Positions 9,592 through 19,140 of a stretch of 64,000 bases of DNA are shown here, in pieces (the first letter of the stretch is position 1; the number at the start of each line of letters is the position of its first letter). The notes below the pieces were generated by a model, which was given only the letters and a program-made list of their open reading frames with translations, had not been told where the DNA came from and did no database searches. The position numbers and the translations under genes are program-made. Where the stretch lies: positions 108,452 to 172,451 of the forward strand of contig JBJEGZ010000011.1 of the NCBI GenBank assembly GCA_051875555.1, in the 5' to 3' direction. Source of the stretch: Candidatus Limimorpha sp. GTDB taxonomy: Bacteria; Bacteroidota; Bacteroidia; Bacteroidales; F082.

Positions 9592-10236
9592 ATGATAAGA
9601 AAATTATTGTTATTAATAACAATGGTGGTGCTGTCTTTGAGCGCCTCCGCGCAGTTTTTGGAGTATCAACTCGGGTTGAAGGCAGCTGTTGGAATGGATT
9701 GGATGGATACATATTGCGATAATTTTAAAGAGAAGGAAGACAATGGTTTATGCTATAAATTTGGTTTGACAGGCACTTATTTCTTTAAGGAGAGCTATGG
9801 CATCACATCGGGATTTAACATTGTTAGAGGCGGTTTCTCTAACAAGTACAAATATGGAGAGCAGGATTTGACCTATAGTTTCAGGAATTCTTATGTTCAG
9901 GTTCCGATTCTTTTGAGGATGAGGACGGGTGTTTTCGCCAAAAAACTCCGTGTTTTCAGTGAGATAGGTTATGGCTTGGATATTATGGTGAAGTGCCGCG
10001 ACAGCTATTACTTCAGCAGTGCCGAGGTAGAGGATTTCAAGTCGCCTAAATATCGTGCGATATCTAACTCGTTTATCCTTCATATAGGTTTGGAGATAGA
10101 GGTTATGAATACGAGTTCCTTATTGGTGATGATTGGTTACGATGATTTTTTCACAAGTATTATAAGACCTGATAGTTTTTTCGGTAATTCATTGACAATG
10201 AATAATCTGTGCCTTGAAATAGGCTTTTTGTTTTAG
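9592..10236 (+). CDS. small outer-membrane beta-barrel protein, 214 aa
   Basis: Signal peptide ...LSLSASAQ, beta-strand periodicity and terminal ...LEIGFLF. Confidence 0.7.
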   Translation: MIRKLLLLITMVVLSLSASAQFLEYQLGLKAAVGMDWMDTYCDNFKEKEDNGLCYKFGLTGTYFFKESYGITSGFNIVRGGFSNKYKYGEQDLTYSFRNSYVQVPILLRMRTGVFAKKLRVFSEIGYGLDIMVKCRDSYYFSSAEVEDFKSPKYRAISNSFILHIGLEIEVMNTSSLLVMIGYDDFFTSIIRPDSFFGNSLTMNNLCLEIGFLF

Positions 10237-10239
10237 ATA

Positions 10240-11142
10240 ATGAGGATAACCTTAGGTCAAATAAGCTGTGTCTCCGGCGATGTAGAGGGCAACGTGGCCA
10301 AGATAGTTGATTCTGCCCAAAGGTCGAAAGGCTCGTCACTTGTGATTTTCCCTGAGCTGTCAATATGCGGTTGTATGCCTTTCGAAATGCTGCGGCAGGG
10401 CAGTTTTATCGATAAATGCGAGGAGGCTCTTGATACGATTGCGAGGGAATGTGAGTCAGTGCCGGTTCTCGTGGGCTGCCCGATAAGAAATAATACGGGG
10501 AAAGGCAAGCCTTTGTTCAATGCTGCCGTTTATCTTTTTCAAGGACAACGTAAGGCGTTTTATAAGAGACAGTTAGGTCTCTCTTTTCCTGACGAGCTCG
10601 ATTTATTCGAGCCTTCCGAAGATGACGACCTTATTAAAGTTGGATGCCATAAGTTCGCGGTGACGATAGGCGATGATCTCGCAAATGTTGGTGACGATAA
10701 TCTACTGTTAAAAAACAGGGTCGATGACCTGCGCTGCCTTGAACCTGACGCTATTGTTAACTTAGGCTCGGGCCGTTTCGGGACTATGAGTTCTGCACAA
10801 CGCCGTAATACATTGCGTATGAACGTGTTAAAGACTGAACGCCCGCTTTTCTTCGTTAATAATGTGGGTGTGATGCCTGATGTGGTTTATGACGGAGGCT
10901 CTATGGTGTTCGGTTATGAAGGCTATGTGGTGGCCGCCGCCCCATTCTTTGAAGAGAAAGTACTGGACGTTGACTTACAATGCCTTATATCAATGCGTCA
11001 CGATGATGTTCAGGAATATGCAAGCAAACAAGAGCTTGTCTTGAAAGCTCTGTCAGATGGTAAAACAGCAGAAGAAATTGAGAATCAAGGCTTTGAGAAA
11101 AGCCTCGTTGATAATGTGTCTCAGATGAGACACATTATCTAA
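10240..11142 (+). CDS. carbon-nitrogen hydrolase-like protein derived from glutamine-dependent NAD synthetase (NadE); likely catalytically inactive
   Basis: Aligns by eye to the NadE N-terminal glutaminase domain (FPELSICG, YKRQLG...FEP). The nucleophile motif ICEDLW reads IGDDLA, a Cys to Gly change. There is no PP-loop synthetase core, but a NadE-like C-terminal tail is present (SDGKTAEEIENQGFEKSLVDNVSQM). Confidence 0.65.
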   Translation: MRITLGQISCVSGDVEGNVAKIVDSAQRSKGSSLVIFPELSICGCMPFEMLRQGSFIDKCEEALDTIARECESVPVLVGCPIRNNTGKGKPLFNAAVYLFQGQRKAFYKRQLGLSFPDELDLFEPSEDDDLIKVGCHKFAVTIGDDLANVGDDNLLLKNRVDDLRCLEPDAIVNLGSGRFGTMSSAQRRNTLRMNVLKTERPLFFVNNVGVMPDVVYDGGSMVFGYEGYVVAAAPFFEEKVLDVDLQCLISMRHDDVQEYASKQELVLKALSDGKTAEEIENQGFEKSLVDNVSQMRHII

Positions 11143-11144
11143 CA

Positions 11145-12020
11145 CTATAATCTGTCTAATGTAGTCTTAATCAGTTTCTCTACGTATTGGTGATGGTCGG
11201 TGGAGAACTTCTCCGTCACTCGGTTCGCTATCGCTACGCAGATAGTTAATACGTTGTGTCCTAACATCTTACCTAAACAGAATAGCGCAGACGACTCCAT
11301 CTCGAAGTTGCAGATTTTGAAGTCATTATATTTAAAATTCTCAATCTCTTTGTTTGTGTCGGGATACGATAATCCTAATCGGAGGCTTCTTCCTTGTGGT
11401 CCATAGAATCCTGGGGCTGTTGCAGTTATACCTTGGTAATAACCGAAGGCAAGTTTGTCAAACAATTCCTTTGATGATTCTATAGCGTAAGGACGGGGTA
11501 GGTCGGTTGGATAATCCATATACTTTATGAAAGCATCAGTCATGTTATTGTCAATGACTTGGTTATGTTCTTTATAAAAATATGCGAGTCCGTCCAAACC
11601 TATTGCATATCTTGACGCGACATAACAGTCTTCCACGCCTATTTCTGCCTGCAATGCGCCGCATGTTCCGAGACGAATCATGTTCAAACGTCTGTGATTC
11701 TCTTTTGGAGTGCGTGTTTTGAAGTCGATATTTGCGACAGCATCAAGTTCGTTTACCACTATATCAATATTGTCAGTTCCCATTCCCGTCGAAATAACGG
11801 AGATGCGTTTCCCATTGTAAGTGCCTGTGTGTGTGATTATTTCGCGGTTCTGTCGTTTTACTTCTATATTATCAAAATATTTCGATACTAAATGCACCCT
11901 GTCAGGGTTTCCGACAAGAATGATGTTATCGGCAAGCATTTCTGGAAAGAGGTTCAAGTGATAAATTGCTCCTTCAGAATTGAAAACGAGCTGAGATTCT
12001 GCTATAGGTTTGTTGTTCAT
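11145..12020 (-). CDS. nucleoside phosphorylase (PNP/UDP phosphorylase family)
   Basis: 291 aa. Motifs GTCGALQ and FEMESSALF are typical of uridine/purine nucleoside phosphorylase family 1. Confidence 0.8.
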   Translation of the reverse strand: MNNKPIAESQLVFNSEGAIYHLNLFPEMLADNIILVGNPDRVHLVSKYFDNIEVKRQNREIITHTGTYNGKRISVISTGMGTDNIDIVVNELDAVANIDFKTRTPKENHRRLNMIRLGTCGALQAEIGVEDCYVASRYAIGLDGLAYFYKEHNQVIDNNMTDAFIKYMDYPTDLPRPYAIESSKELFDKLAFGYYQGITATAPGFYGPQGRSLRLGLSYPDTNKEIENFKYNDFKICNFEMESSALFCLGKMLGHNVLTICVAIANRVTEKFSTDHHQYVEKLIKTTLDRL

Positions 12021-12045
12021 AATTCGGATTGTTAAAATATATTTG

Positions 12046-12053
12046 CAAAGATA
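12046..12053 (-). promoter_or_regulatory. -7 promoter box (TATCTTTG on the minus strand) for the nucleoside phosphorylase gene
   Basis: Plus-strand caaagata, 26-33 nt upstream of the ATG at 12020. Confidence 0.6.
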
Positions 12054-12125
12054 ACAAAAATAAGTGAAATATTCTCGTTAAAAGTTAAAAATAGTTAAAA
12101 TTGAGCCATGTAAAATAATATTCTT

Positions 12126-12133
12126 TACTTTTG
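12126..12133 (+). promoter_or_regulatory. -7 promoter box TACTTTTG for cinA
   Basis: TAnnTTTG match 26 nt upstream of the ATG at 12159. Confidence 0.55.
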
Positions 12134-12158
12134 TGACTCGAAAGGAATTTTGAAAACT

Positions 12159-13415
12159 ATGGGAGGAAAGAAAGATTTTGTAAGAGCCAAAATTATATCG
12201 ATTGGAGATGAGCTTTTGATCGGGCAGGTCGTGAATACCAATGCTTCATGGATTGGGAATATGTTGACAACGAACGGGTTTAAGGTTGATGCCGTGCTGA
12301 CTGTGGGTGATGGTGAGGAGGAGATAATTGGTGCGCTCGACGTTTGTTCGGATGCTGATGTAGTCATAATGACGGGCGGACTTGGACCAACGGCAGATGA
12401 TAGGACTAAGCAGACGCTATGCGGATATTTTAATACGGAGTTAGAGTTTAATCGGGAAGTATATGATAATATGATGGGTATCTTTGCTTTGCGCGGTTAT
12501 GTTATGAGTGAGAGGAACAAAGGTCAGGCTTATGTCCCAAAGTCTTGTAAATGTATTGTAAATCATTATGGTACAGCACCTTGCATGTGGTTTGAGAAAA
12601 GTGGCTCTGTGTTTATATCTATGCCGGGAGTCCCGTTTGAGATGAGGCATTCTTTTGAAGAGGAAATCCTGCCAATGCTTTTGTCAGTGTTTAGGATAAC
12701 TCCGTACATGAGCAAGGTGATAATGGTAACGGGAATAGGGGAGTCGTTCCTTGCGGACAAGATTCAGGATTGGGAGGAGTCTCTTCCGGATTTTTTATCG
12801 CTCGCCTATCTTCCAAAGTCGGGAATGGTGAGGCTTCGTTTAGATGGCAGGCATGACGACAGGGAACTGCTTCGTGACACTATTAATAAAGAGGTGGAGA
12901 AACTTGTGGAGATTGTGGGGGAAAACATTTACGGCTTTGACGATGCGCCATTGTCAAAGATTGTTATTGAGGCACTTAGGTCAAAAGGATTGACGCTTGC
13001 TACAGCGGAAAGTTGTACGGGCGGAAATATTGCAAGCATGATAACGTCTAACGCCGGTTGCTCTGATGTTTATAAAGGTACGGTGGTGTCGTATGCTACC
13101 GAAGTGAAAGAGAATGTGTTAGGTGTTAACCACGATATTGTAGAGAGGTTCGGCGTTGTCAGTTGTGAGGTGGCGGAGCAGATGGCTGTTGGTGCGAGGA
13201 GGGTGATGAATACGGATTACGGGTTGTCAACAACCGGTTTGGCAGGGCCTGGCGGGGGTACAGATGCGGTGCCGGTTGGTACGGTCTGTATTGCGGTGGC
13301 GGGACCTAATGGGGTGGTGTCAAGACGTCATTCCTTCGGAAAAGACAGAGAATATAATATAGAACGCGCCTCAATAATGGCTTTAAATATGTTAAGAAAT
13401 GAGTTGGCTTTATAA
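12159..13415 (+). CDS. cinA: CinA family protein (MoCF-binding domain plus PncC-type NMN amidohydrolase domain)
   Basis: ISIGDELLIGQVVNTNASWI and TGGLGPTADDRT in the N-domain. TAESCTGG in the C-terminal PncC domain. The ORF-track TTG start was replaced by the ATG at 12159. Confidence 0.9.
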   Translation: MGGKKDFVRAKIISIGDELLIGQVVNTNASWIGNMLTTNGFKVDAVLTVGDGEEEIIGALDVCSDADVVIMTGGLGPTADDRTKQTLCGYFNTELEFNREVYDNMMGIFALRGYVMSERNKGQAYVPKSCKCIVNHYGTAPCMWFEKSGSVFISMPGVPFEMRHSFEEEILPMLLSVFRITPYMSKVIMVTGIGESFLADKIQDWEESLPDFLSLAYLPKSGMVRLRLDGRHDDRELLRDTINKEVEKLVEIVGENIYGFDDAPLSKIVIEALRSKGLTLATAESCTGGNIASMITSNAGCSDVYKGTVVSYATEVKENVLGVNHDIVERFGVVSCEVAEQMAVGARRVMNTDYGLSTTGLAGPGGGTDAVPVGTVCIAVAGPNGVVSRRHSFGKDREYNIERASIMALNMLRNELAL

Positions 13416-13416
13416 A

Positions 13417-14442
13417 ATGTTGATTATGAATGAGAAAATTATCGCTTCCTTGTGCGCTGTAAGTATGGCTTTGATGCTTGTATCATGTTCCAACGAACAA
13501 GGCTATAAAAGAAAACTTAATGTCCCTTGCTCGAGACTTGAACCGAGAGAAATAGAAATATTGGAATATAATAAAGCTCTGTTCTCCATTGATACCGCCG
13601 ATTTTACTACGGGAATAGAGAGAATCAAGATACAATACCACGATTTACTTGGAGATGTTATCAGCGATACGGATGTTGAGTACCTGAAAGAGTTTGTCAC
13701 TGACCCTTTTATCATCAGACTTAATGACTTGGTGCTGTCAGAATATGCGGACATCACATTGGTGAAAAACAAGGTTAGAGATGTTTTGCAACATCTGACA
13801 TATTACTATCCCGATATTAAGCTTCCGAAGGTTTACACTTATGTCTCTGGTGTTGATTATAACAATGGACCTGTTATGATAAATGATAGCATAGTGTTGA
13901 TAAGCCTTGATTATTATTTGAATAACAAAGAAAATGTTTATGACAATATAGGAATGCCTCGTTACATCTCACGCAGATGCCAGATTGCTACTTTGACAAA
14001 AGATTTGGCTGAGGCTATCTATAATGCTTTTCTATACGAAGAGAAAACGAGTAAAAATGTCTTATCTGAGATGATTGCTGTTGGTAAGAAGTACTATTTC
14101 ATTGAGGCCATGGACCCAAGTCTGTCCGATTCTATTATTCTCGGATATTCATCTCGTCAGATGGATTGGGTGAGGAACTCCGAGGGTGAGTTGTGGGCGT
14201 CGGTAATAGGGAATAACATGCTTTATGCAAATGGATATGAGCAGAGGAGGCTGCTGTTTAATGATGGCCCTTTCACCGCTGCTTTCTCTGATAAGTCGCC
14301 ATCGCGGCTAGGTGATTTTATCGGCTTGCAGATTATTAGGTCGTTCATGACGAATAATGACGTGTCGCTAAATGAGTTGATGGCGATGACTGATGTGCAG
14401 GATATTTTCCAGCGTTCAAAATACAAACCGCCCAAAAGATAG
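13417..14442 (+). CDS. gldB: lipoprotein, GldB-like (gliding-motility/T9SS-associated lipoprotein family)
   Basis: Signal peptide and lipobox (MALMLVSCSN). Central YVSGVDYNNGPVMINDSIVLISLDYYL resembles the GldB family. The alternative start at 13426 is equally possible. Confidence 0.55.
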   Translation: MLIMNEKIIASLCAVSMALMLVSCSNEQGYKRKLNVPCSRLEPREIEILEYNKALFSIDTADFTTGIERIKIQYHDLLGDVISDTDVEYLKEFVTDPFIIRLNDLVLSEYADITLVKNKVRDVLQHLTYYYPDIKLPKVYTYVSGVDYNNGPVMINDSIVLISLDYYLNNKENVYDNIGMPRYISRRCQIATLTKDLAEAIYNAFLYEEKTSKNVLSEMIAVGKKYYFIEAMDPSLSDSIILGYSSRQMDWVRNSEGELWASVIGNNMLYANGYEQRRLLFNDGPFTAAFSDKSPSRLGDFIGLQIIRSFMTNNDVSLNELMAMTDVQDIFQRSKYKPPKR

Positions 14443-14472
14443 TTAAGACAATGAATAATAAAACCAAAATTT

Positions 14473-16008
14473 ATGTTAGTAAAAACTTATGGAAGTGCCT
14501 TGAATGGCATAGAGGCTATCACTGTCACTATTGAGGTGAATATTGACCGTGGTGTTCAGTTTTTCTTGGTTGGACTGCCGGATAGTGCGGTGAAGGAGAG
14601 CCAGCAACGTATTGAGTCGGCGTTGAATAATAATAACTTGAAATATCCTAAGCGTAAGATTACCATTAATATGGCGCCCGCTGATATTCGAAAGGAGGGC
14701 TCAAGCTATGACCTTCCGCTGGCTATCGCAATCCTTGCGGCTTCTGAACAGGTCAAACCCGACATGCTTGATAAATTCATTATGATGGGGGAACTGTCGC
14801 TTGACGGAGGTGTCAACCCGATAAGAGGCGCTCTCCCTATTGCTGTAAATGCGTCGGAAGATGGATTCAAAGGTATAATACTGCCTAAGGCCAATGCTAA
14901 GGAAGCGGCAGTAGTGGAAGACATCGTGGTTTATGGTGTGGATACAATTATGGATGTCATCGACTTCCTGAACGGAGGAGACAACCTTACTCCAGTAGTT
15001 GTTGATAATACTCAAGAGGAGTCGCAGGATGAGATTTATGGCTTCGACTTCTCCGATGTAAAAGGTCAGGAGAATATCAAAAGGGCATTGGAAGTAGCCG
15101 CCGCCGGCTCTCATAATATAATTCTAATAGGTCCGCCCGGTAGCGGAAAAACCATGCTGTCGAAACGTCTGCCGAGTATCCTGCCTTCAATGACATTAAA
15201 AGAATCACTTGAGACGACCAAGATACATTCAGTGGTGGGCTTGCTGGCAAATAATGTCTCGTTGATGCGTACACGCCCGTTCAGAAGTCCACATCATACC
15301 ACTTCTTATGTAGGACTTGTTGGAGGTGGCGCATATCCGCAACCCGGTGAGATTTCCTTGGCGCATAACGGCGTTTTGTTTTTAGATGAACTGCCCGAAT
15401 TTAAAAGGAATGTGCTTGAGGTAATGCGCCAACCTATGGAAGATAGAATGGTGACAATTGCCCGCGCCAAACAAACGGTGGAGTTCCCAGCTAACTTTAT
15501 GCTTGTTGCCGCAATGAACCCCTGCCCGTGTGGGTATTATAACCACCCTACAAAAGAATGCACTTGCAAACCCGGACAGGTCGAGTCGTATCTATCCAAA
15601 ATTTCCGGCCCACTGATGGATAGAATCGACCTGCATGTCGAGACGGCACCGCTATCTTATGATGAGCTTGCGAAAAAAAGTAACGGCGAGAGTAGCGCGA
15701 CAGTGCGAGAGCGTGTCGTGAAAGCCCGTATGATTCAGGTGGAACGCTTTTCCGGTGTTCAAGGTGTGCATAGTAACGCTCAGATGAATGCGAAAATGAT
15801 TCAGAAATATTGCCAACTTGATGATGATTGCGGATTACTTCTTAAAAACGCTATGGAGCGTCTCGGACTCTCTGCACGTGCGAGAGATAGGATCCTTAAG
15901 GTCTCGCGTACAATAGCTGACCTCGATAACTCAAAGGAAATCACAGCAGAACATCTGTCTGAGGCTATACAATACCGCAGCCTCGATAGGGACAGCTGGG
16001 GAAAGTGA
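14473..16008 (+). CDS. comM: YifB/ComM family Mg-chelatase-like AAA+ ATPase
   Basis: 511 aa. Lon-like N-domain, Walker A GPPGSGKTM, LFLDELPEF, and a C-terminal domain typical of YifB. Confidence 0.92.
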   Translation: MLVKTYGSALNGIEAITVTIEVNIDRGVQFFLVGLPDSAVKESQQRIESALNNNNLKYPKRKITINMAPADIRKEGSSYDLPLAIAILAASEQVKPDMLDKFIMMGELSLDGGVNPIRGALPIAVNASEDGFKGIILPKANAKEAAVVEDIVVYGVDTIMDVIDFLNGGDNLTPVVVDNTQEESQDEIYGFDFSDVKGQENIKRALEVAAAGSHNIILIGPPGSGKTMLSKRLPSILPSMTLKESLETTKIHSVVGLLANNVSLMRTRPFRSPHHTTSYVGLVGGGAYPQPGEISLAHNGVLFLDELPEFKRNVLEVMRQPMEDRMVTIARAKQTVEFPANFMLVAAMNPCPCGYYNHPTKECTCKPGQVESYLSKISGPLMDRIDLHVETAPLSYDELAKKSNGESSATVRERVVKARMIQVERFSGVQGVHSNAQMNAKMIQKYCQLDDDCGLLLKNAMERLGLSARARDRILKVSRTIADLDNSKEITAEHLSEAIQYRSLDRDSWGK

Positions 16009-16441
16009 GTCGCTCTTGCCATAACCTGATCTATCAAATGGCTATATCTATCACCGAATGCCACGTGTTTGTGCGCCTCATTTAATGGATTCATTATGGT
16101 GATATTATATCGGGTTGGCGTTAAATGATTGATTGCCAATTGATTTATGATGGCGGTGAGATTCAGTGATTCGTTTGGGTTAATAGTGTAATGTTTCCCT
16201 GATCATGATCTTGTAACATAATTGTAAATAAAAGGCTTTTAATGATAAGGTATTATGCTTCTTGATTTTAGATAATTATTTTATGTGATTGCCATCGGTA
16301 TGTTGGATTGGTAGAAGTTGTTGCGATATTAATTAATGTTTGCACAACGGGGTGACCTTGTGGAAGTTGAGAAAAACAATGTTTTTGGATATTTAAGCCG
16401 TTTTTTTAGTGAAATGGATAAAATGAAATTTAAAATCAGTG

Positions 16442-16449
16442 TATTTTTG
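16442..16449 (+). promoter_or_regulatory. -7 promoter box TATTTTTG for the thioesterase gene
   Basis: Exact TAnnTTTG match 23 nt upstream of the ATG at 16472. Confidence 0.55.
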
Positions 16450-16471
16450 CTCTCGTTTTTAATGATACGTT

Positions 16472-17281
16472 ATGAAGAATATTGTTATTGGGGAGCGATT
16501 TTCACAGAATTATCGAGTTACCGGCGCTAACATGGATTCTGAATATAGAATGACTGTTGTAGCGATTTTAAGTTTTTTCCAAGACACGGTGGCTTCTTAT
16601 CTTACAACAAGAAATATTGCGGCTTTTGATATTGCAGACGATGGTTATTTGTGGGTTCTTTCTGACTATTCTCTTGAGATAGTTGGCAAGATGCCTTTGT
16701 GGAGGGAAAATATTGAGGCGGTCATCTGTCCCTCGGAGGTGTCGGCGGTGAAGATGTTTTTCGACTACTATTTGAGAAACAACAAAGGTGAGGTTTTCGC
16801 AAAAGGTACAAGTAGATGGAGTATTGTTAATGTGTTAGATGGCAGACCGGTTAGAATATCAGAGGTCGCCGCGGTAAGTGGTGAGAACGATGTAAAGCAC
16901 CCGAAGATGGTATTTCCTCCTATTGTAAATAAGGTTATGGAATACAAGCATTTGACGAACATCTCCGACATCGATTTTAATAATCATGTGAACAATATCA
17001 GTTATATCAAAATCTCTCTTTCTGCCTTACCGCTTGAAATCGCAAAGTCTTACTGCCTCGAATCATTGTCGATAAAGTTTATGTGCCAGTGCCATATAAA
17101 TGAGAATATTACATGTGAATATGACATTTGCCTTGACGATGGCAGATGCTTGTGCTCTATAGTGAATGAGCAAAGGCAGGAGGTGTGCAGACTCGTTATG
17201 ATGGTAAAACCTAATGCTGGCGACATCTCGAAACAGCATATAAAAGATGTGGTGAACAGAAACGAAGTTATTAATTACTGA
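16472..17281 (+). CDS. acyl-ACP thioesterase family protein (double hotdog)
   Basis: 269 aa. Pattern Y.V....D....M....L..FFQD.A followed by a second repeat with DIDFNNHVNN, as in FatA/B-like bacterial acyl-ACP thioesterases. Confidence 0.75.
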   Translation: MKNIVIGERFSQNYRVTGANMDSEYRMTVVAILSFFQDTVASYLTTRNIAAFDIADDGYLWVLSDYSLEIVGKMPLWRENIEAVICPSEVSAVKMFFDYYLRNNKGEVFAKGTSRWSIVNVLDGRPVRISEVAAVSGENDVKHPKMVFPPIVNKVMEYKHLTNISDIDFNNHVNNISYIKISLSALPLEIAKSYCLESLSIKFMCQCHINENITCEYDICLDDGRCLCSIVNEQRQEVCRLVMMVKPNAGDISKQHIKDVVNRNEVINY

Positions 17282-17305
17282 CCCCTGTTTTAAGATTAGT
17301 AAGAT

Positions 17306-18304
17306 TCAGTACATAAGTTTGTAAATCATCTCACGGTATAACTCTTTGAGGTCGATGTCGCCAATATTATAACCTTTTGATTTTAAATCGAATTCGCGTA
17401 ATATGGCTATATTGTCAACACATTTTTTAATGGAGTAGCGTTTCGATGCCTCAAAGTAGTCCTTTACAAAATAAGGGTTGACGCTCAATGCGCTTGCGAC
17501 CGCGCTTTGACTCTTATCGGTACAATAATGGAGTTTCAGAATCTTGCAGTAATAACTGTATAGTATTGTCACTGTGGCGATTATATGGTTGTCCTTGATA
17601 TTGTCGCCGAAATAGTTGACGATCTGTACTGCCTTGGGGAAGTCGCCGTAACTGATTGCTTTCTGTAATTCGAATACGTTAAAGTCTTTTGATATACCTA
17701 TGTAATATTCGATATCGTTGTCGTTAATCTCTTTTTTGTGAGTGATGGCGACAATGAGTTTCTCAAGTTCGTTGCGGATTTTCTGAAGGTCTGATCCGAG
17801 AAAGTCGGAGAGCATCTGGCATGCTTTCTGGGTTATGCGGTAGTTGCGGCCGCTGAGATAGTTGACAATCCATTTCGGAATATCGTTGTCATAAAGTTTC
17901 TTTGACTCGAATAGCACGTATTTCTTGTCTAATGTCTTGGCGAGTTTTTGTCTTTTGTCAAGTTTCTTGTATTTATAGTTAAGTACAAGAATAGTGCTTT
18001 CAGGAATCATTCCAAGGAAGGGTTCTATGCTTTCGATGTTCCTAATGTCCTGCGCCTCTTTGACTATGATAACGAGATAGTCGCTCATCATAGGGAAATT
18101 GCGGGCTTGTGTGACAATGTCGTTCACGGAGACATCTTTGCCGTATAGAATCACTTGGTTGAAGGCTTTGTCTGCCTCGTCAAGGACAGAGCTTTCGATA
18201 GAGTCGCTGATAGAGTCAATGAAATACGGTTCCTCGCCCATGAGGAAATACACCGGGTGGAAGACTCTGTTTTTGATTTCGGTAATGATTTGGTCGTATG
18301 TCAT
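17306..18304 (-). CDS. holA: DNA polymerase III subunit delta
   Basis: 332 aa. N-terminus ...PVYFLMGEEPYFID and overall HolA architecture. The start overlaps the amn stop by 1 nt. Confidence 0.85.
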   Translation of the reverse strand: MTYDQIITEIKNRVFHPVYFLMGEEPYFIDSISDSIESSVLDEADKAFNQVILYGKDVSVNDIVTQARNFPMMSDYLVIIVKEAQDIRNIESIEPFLGMIPESTILVLNYKYKKLDKRQKLAKTLDKKYVLFESKKLYDNDIPKWIVNYLSGRNYRITQKACQMLSDFLGSDLQKIRNELEKLIVAITHKKEINDNDIEYYIGISKDFNVFELQKAISYGDFPKAVQIVNYFGDNIKDNHIIATVTILYSYYCKILKLHYCTDKSQSAVASALSVNPYFVKDYFEASKRYSIKKCVDNIAILREFDLKSKGYNIGDIDLKELYREMIYKLMY

Positions 18305-19074
18305 CAGAATTTCAGATGTTTTACAGATATTCCGTTGTTGAGCAGATGTTTTAGAGAGTCTATGCCTATTCTAACATGTTCATATACATATTGTTTGTTG
18401 ACTTTTTTGTCGCTTTCTTCTGTTTTTACTCCGTCGGGGGTCATTGGTTGGTCGGAGATGAGGAGCAGGGCGCCTGTGGGTATGTCGTTGGCGAATCCTA
18501 CGGTGAAAAGTGTTGCGGCCTCCATGTCAACGGCCATGCATCTGATTTTCACAAGATAATCCTTAAAGACGTTGTCGAATTCCCAGACACGTCGGTTTGT
18601 TGTAAAGACAGTGCCGGTCCAATAGTCGAATCCGTGTTCCACTATGGTCGTTGATATAGCCTTCTGTAATGAGAAAGCTGGGAGCGCCGGCACCTCCGGA
18701 GGGAGATAGAATTTCGATGTCCCTTCACCCCTGATTGCCGCGATAGGAAGCAGGAAATCCCCTAAATTACATTTCGACTTTGTGCCTCCACACTTTCCGA
18801 GGAACAACACCGCCTTTGGATTGATTGAGCTTAGTAAGTCCATGATTGTTGCTGCGTTAGGACTTCCCATCCCGAAGTTTATCATTGTTATTTCTCCTGT
18901 TGAGGCACACGGCATGGGGCGGTCCGAACCAATGATTGGAACGTCGTTTATCTCTGCAAAAATATCTAAATACTGACTGAAATTGGTGAGGAGGATATAT
19001 TTGCCGAATTTGTCTAATTCAAGGCCGGTATATCGGGGGAGCCAATTCTCTGTTATCTCTTTTTTTGTCTTCAT
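18304..19074 (-). CDS. amn: AMP nucleosidase (short Bacteroidota form)
   Basis: 256 aa. NWLPRYTG...YILLTNF N-terminus and a PNP/UDP-fold core (GMGSPNAAT, VDMEAATLF). Confidence 0.8.
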   Translation of the reverse strand: MKTKKEITENWLPRYTGLELDKFGKYILLTNFSQYLDIFAEINDVPIIGSDRPMPCASTGEITMINFGMGSPNAATIMDLLSSINPKAVLFLGKCGGTKSKCNLGDFLLPIAAIRGEGTSKFYLPPEVPALPAFSLQKAISTTIVEHGFDYWTGTVFTTNRRVWEFDNVFKDYLVKIRCMAVDMEAATLFTVGFANDIPTGALLLISDQPMTPDGVKTEESDKKVNKQYVYEHVRIGIDSLKHLLNNGISVKHLKF

Positions 19075-19088
19075 TCTTTATATTTTTG

Positions 19089-19096
19089 CAAAGATA
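19089..19096 (-). promoter_or_regulatory. -7 promoter box (TATCTTTG on the minus strand) for amn-holA
   Basis: Plus-strand caaagata, 15-22 nt upstream of the ATG at 19074. Confidence 0.6.
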
Positions 19097-19110
19097 CAAT
19101 TATTTTTGAT

Positions 19111-19118
19111 TATTTTTG
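19111..19118 (+). promoter_or_regulatory. -7 promoter box TATTTTTG for the radical SAM gene
   Basis: Exact match 23 nt upstream of the ATG at 19141. Two more TATTTTTG copies lie at 19081 and 19101. Confidence 0.6.
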
Positions 19119-19140
19119 CGAAAAATTTCATTAAGGTATT

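Noticed and set aside
15801-16139. 112-aa minus-strand ORF spanning the comM 3' end and the downstream gap
   Set aside because: Two thirds of it is antisense to the well-supported comM/yifB CDS, and its ORF-track start codon is a TTG rather than an ATG. The part in the gap (16010-16139) looks vaguely protein-like and might be a relic. I cannot support a gene from sequence alone.
19081-19118. Three copies of TATTTTTG (19081, 19101, 19111) as a special regulatory array
   Set aside because: They are most simply overlapping or alternative -7 boxes in an AT-rich divergent promoter between amn and the radical SAM gene. There is no further evidence of a distinct element.
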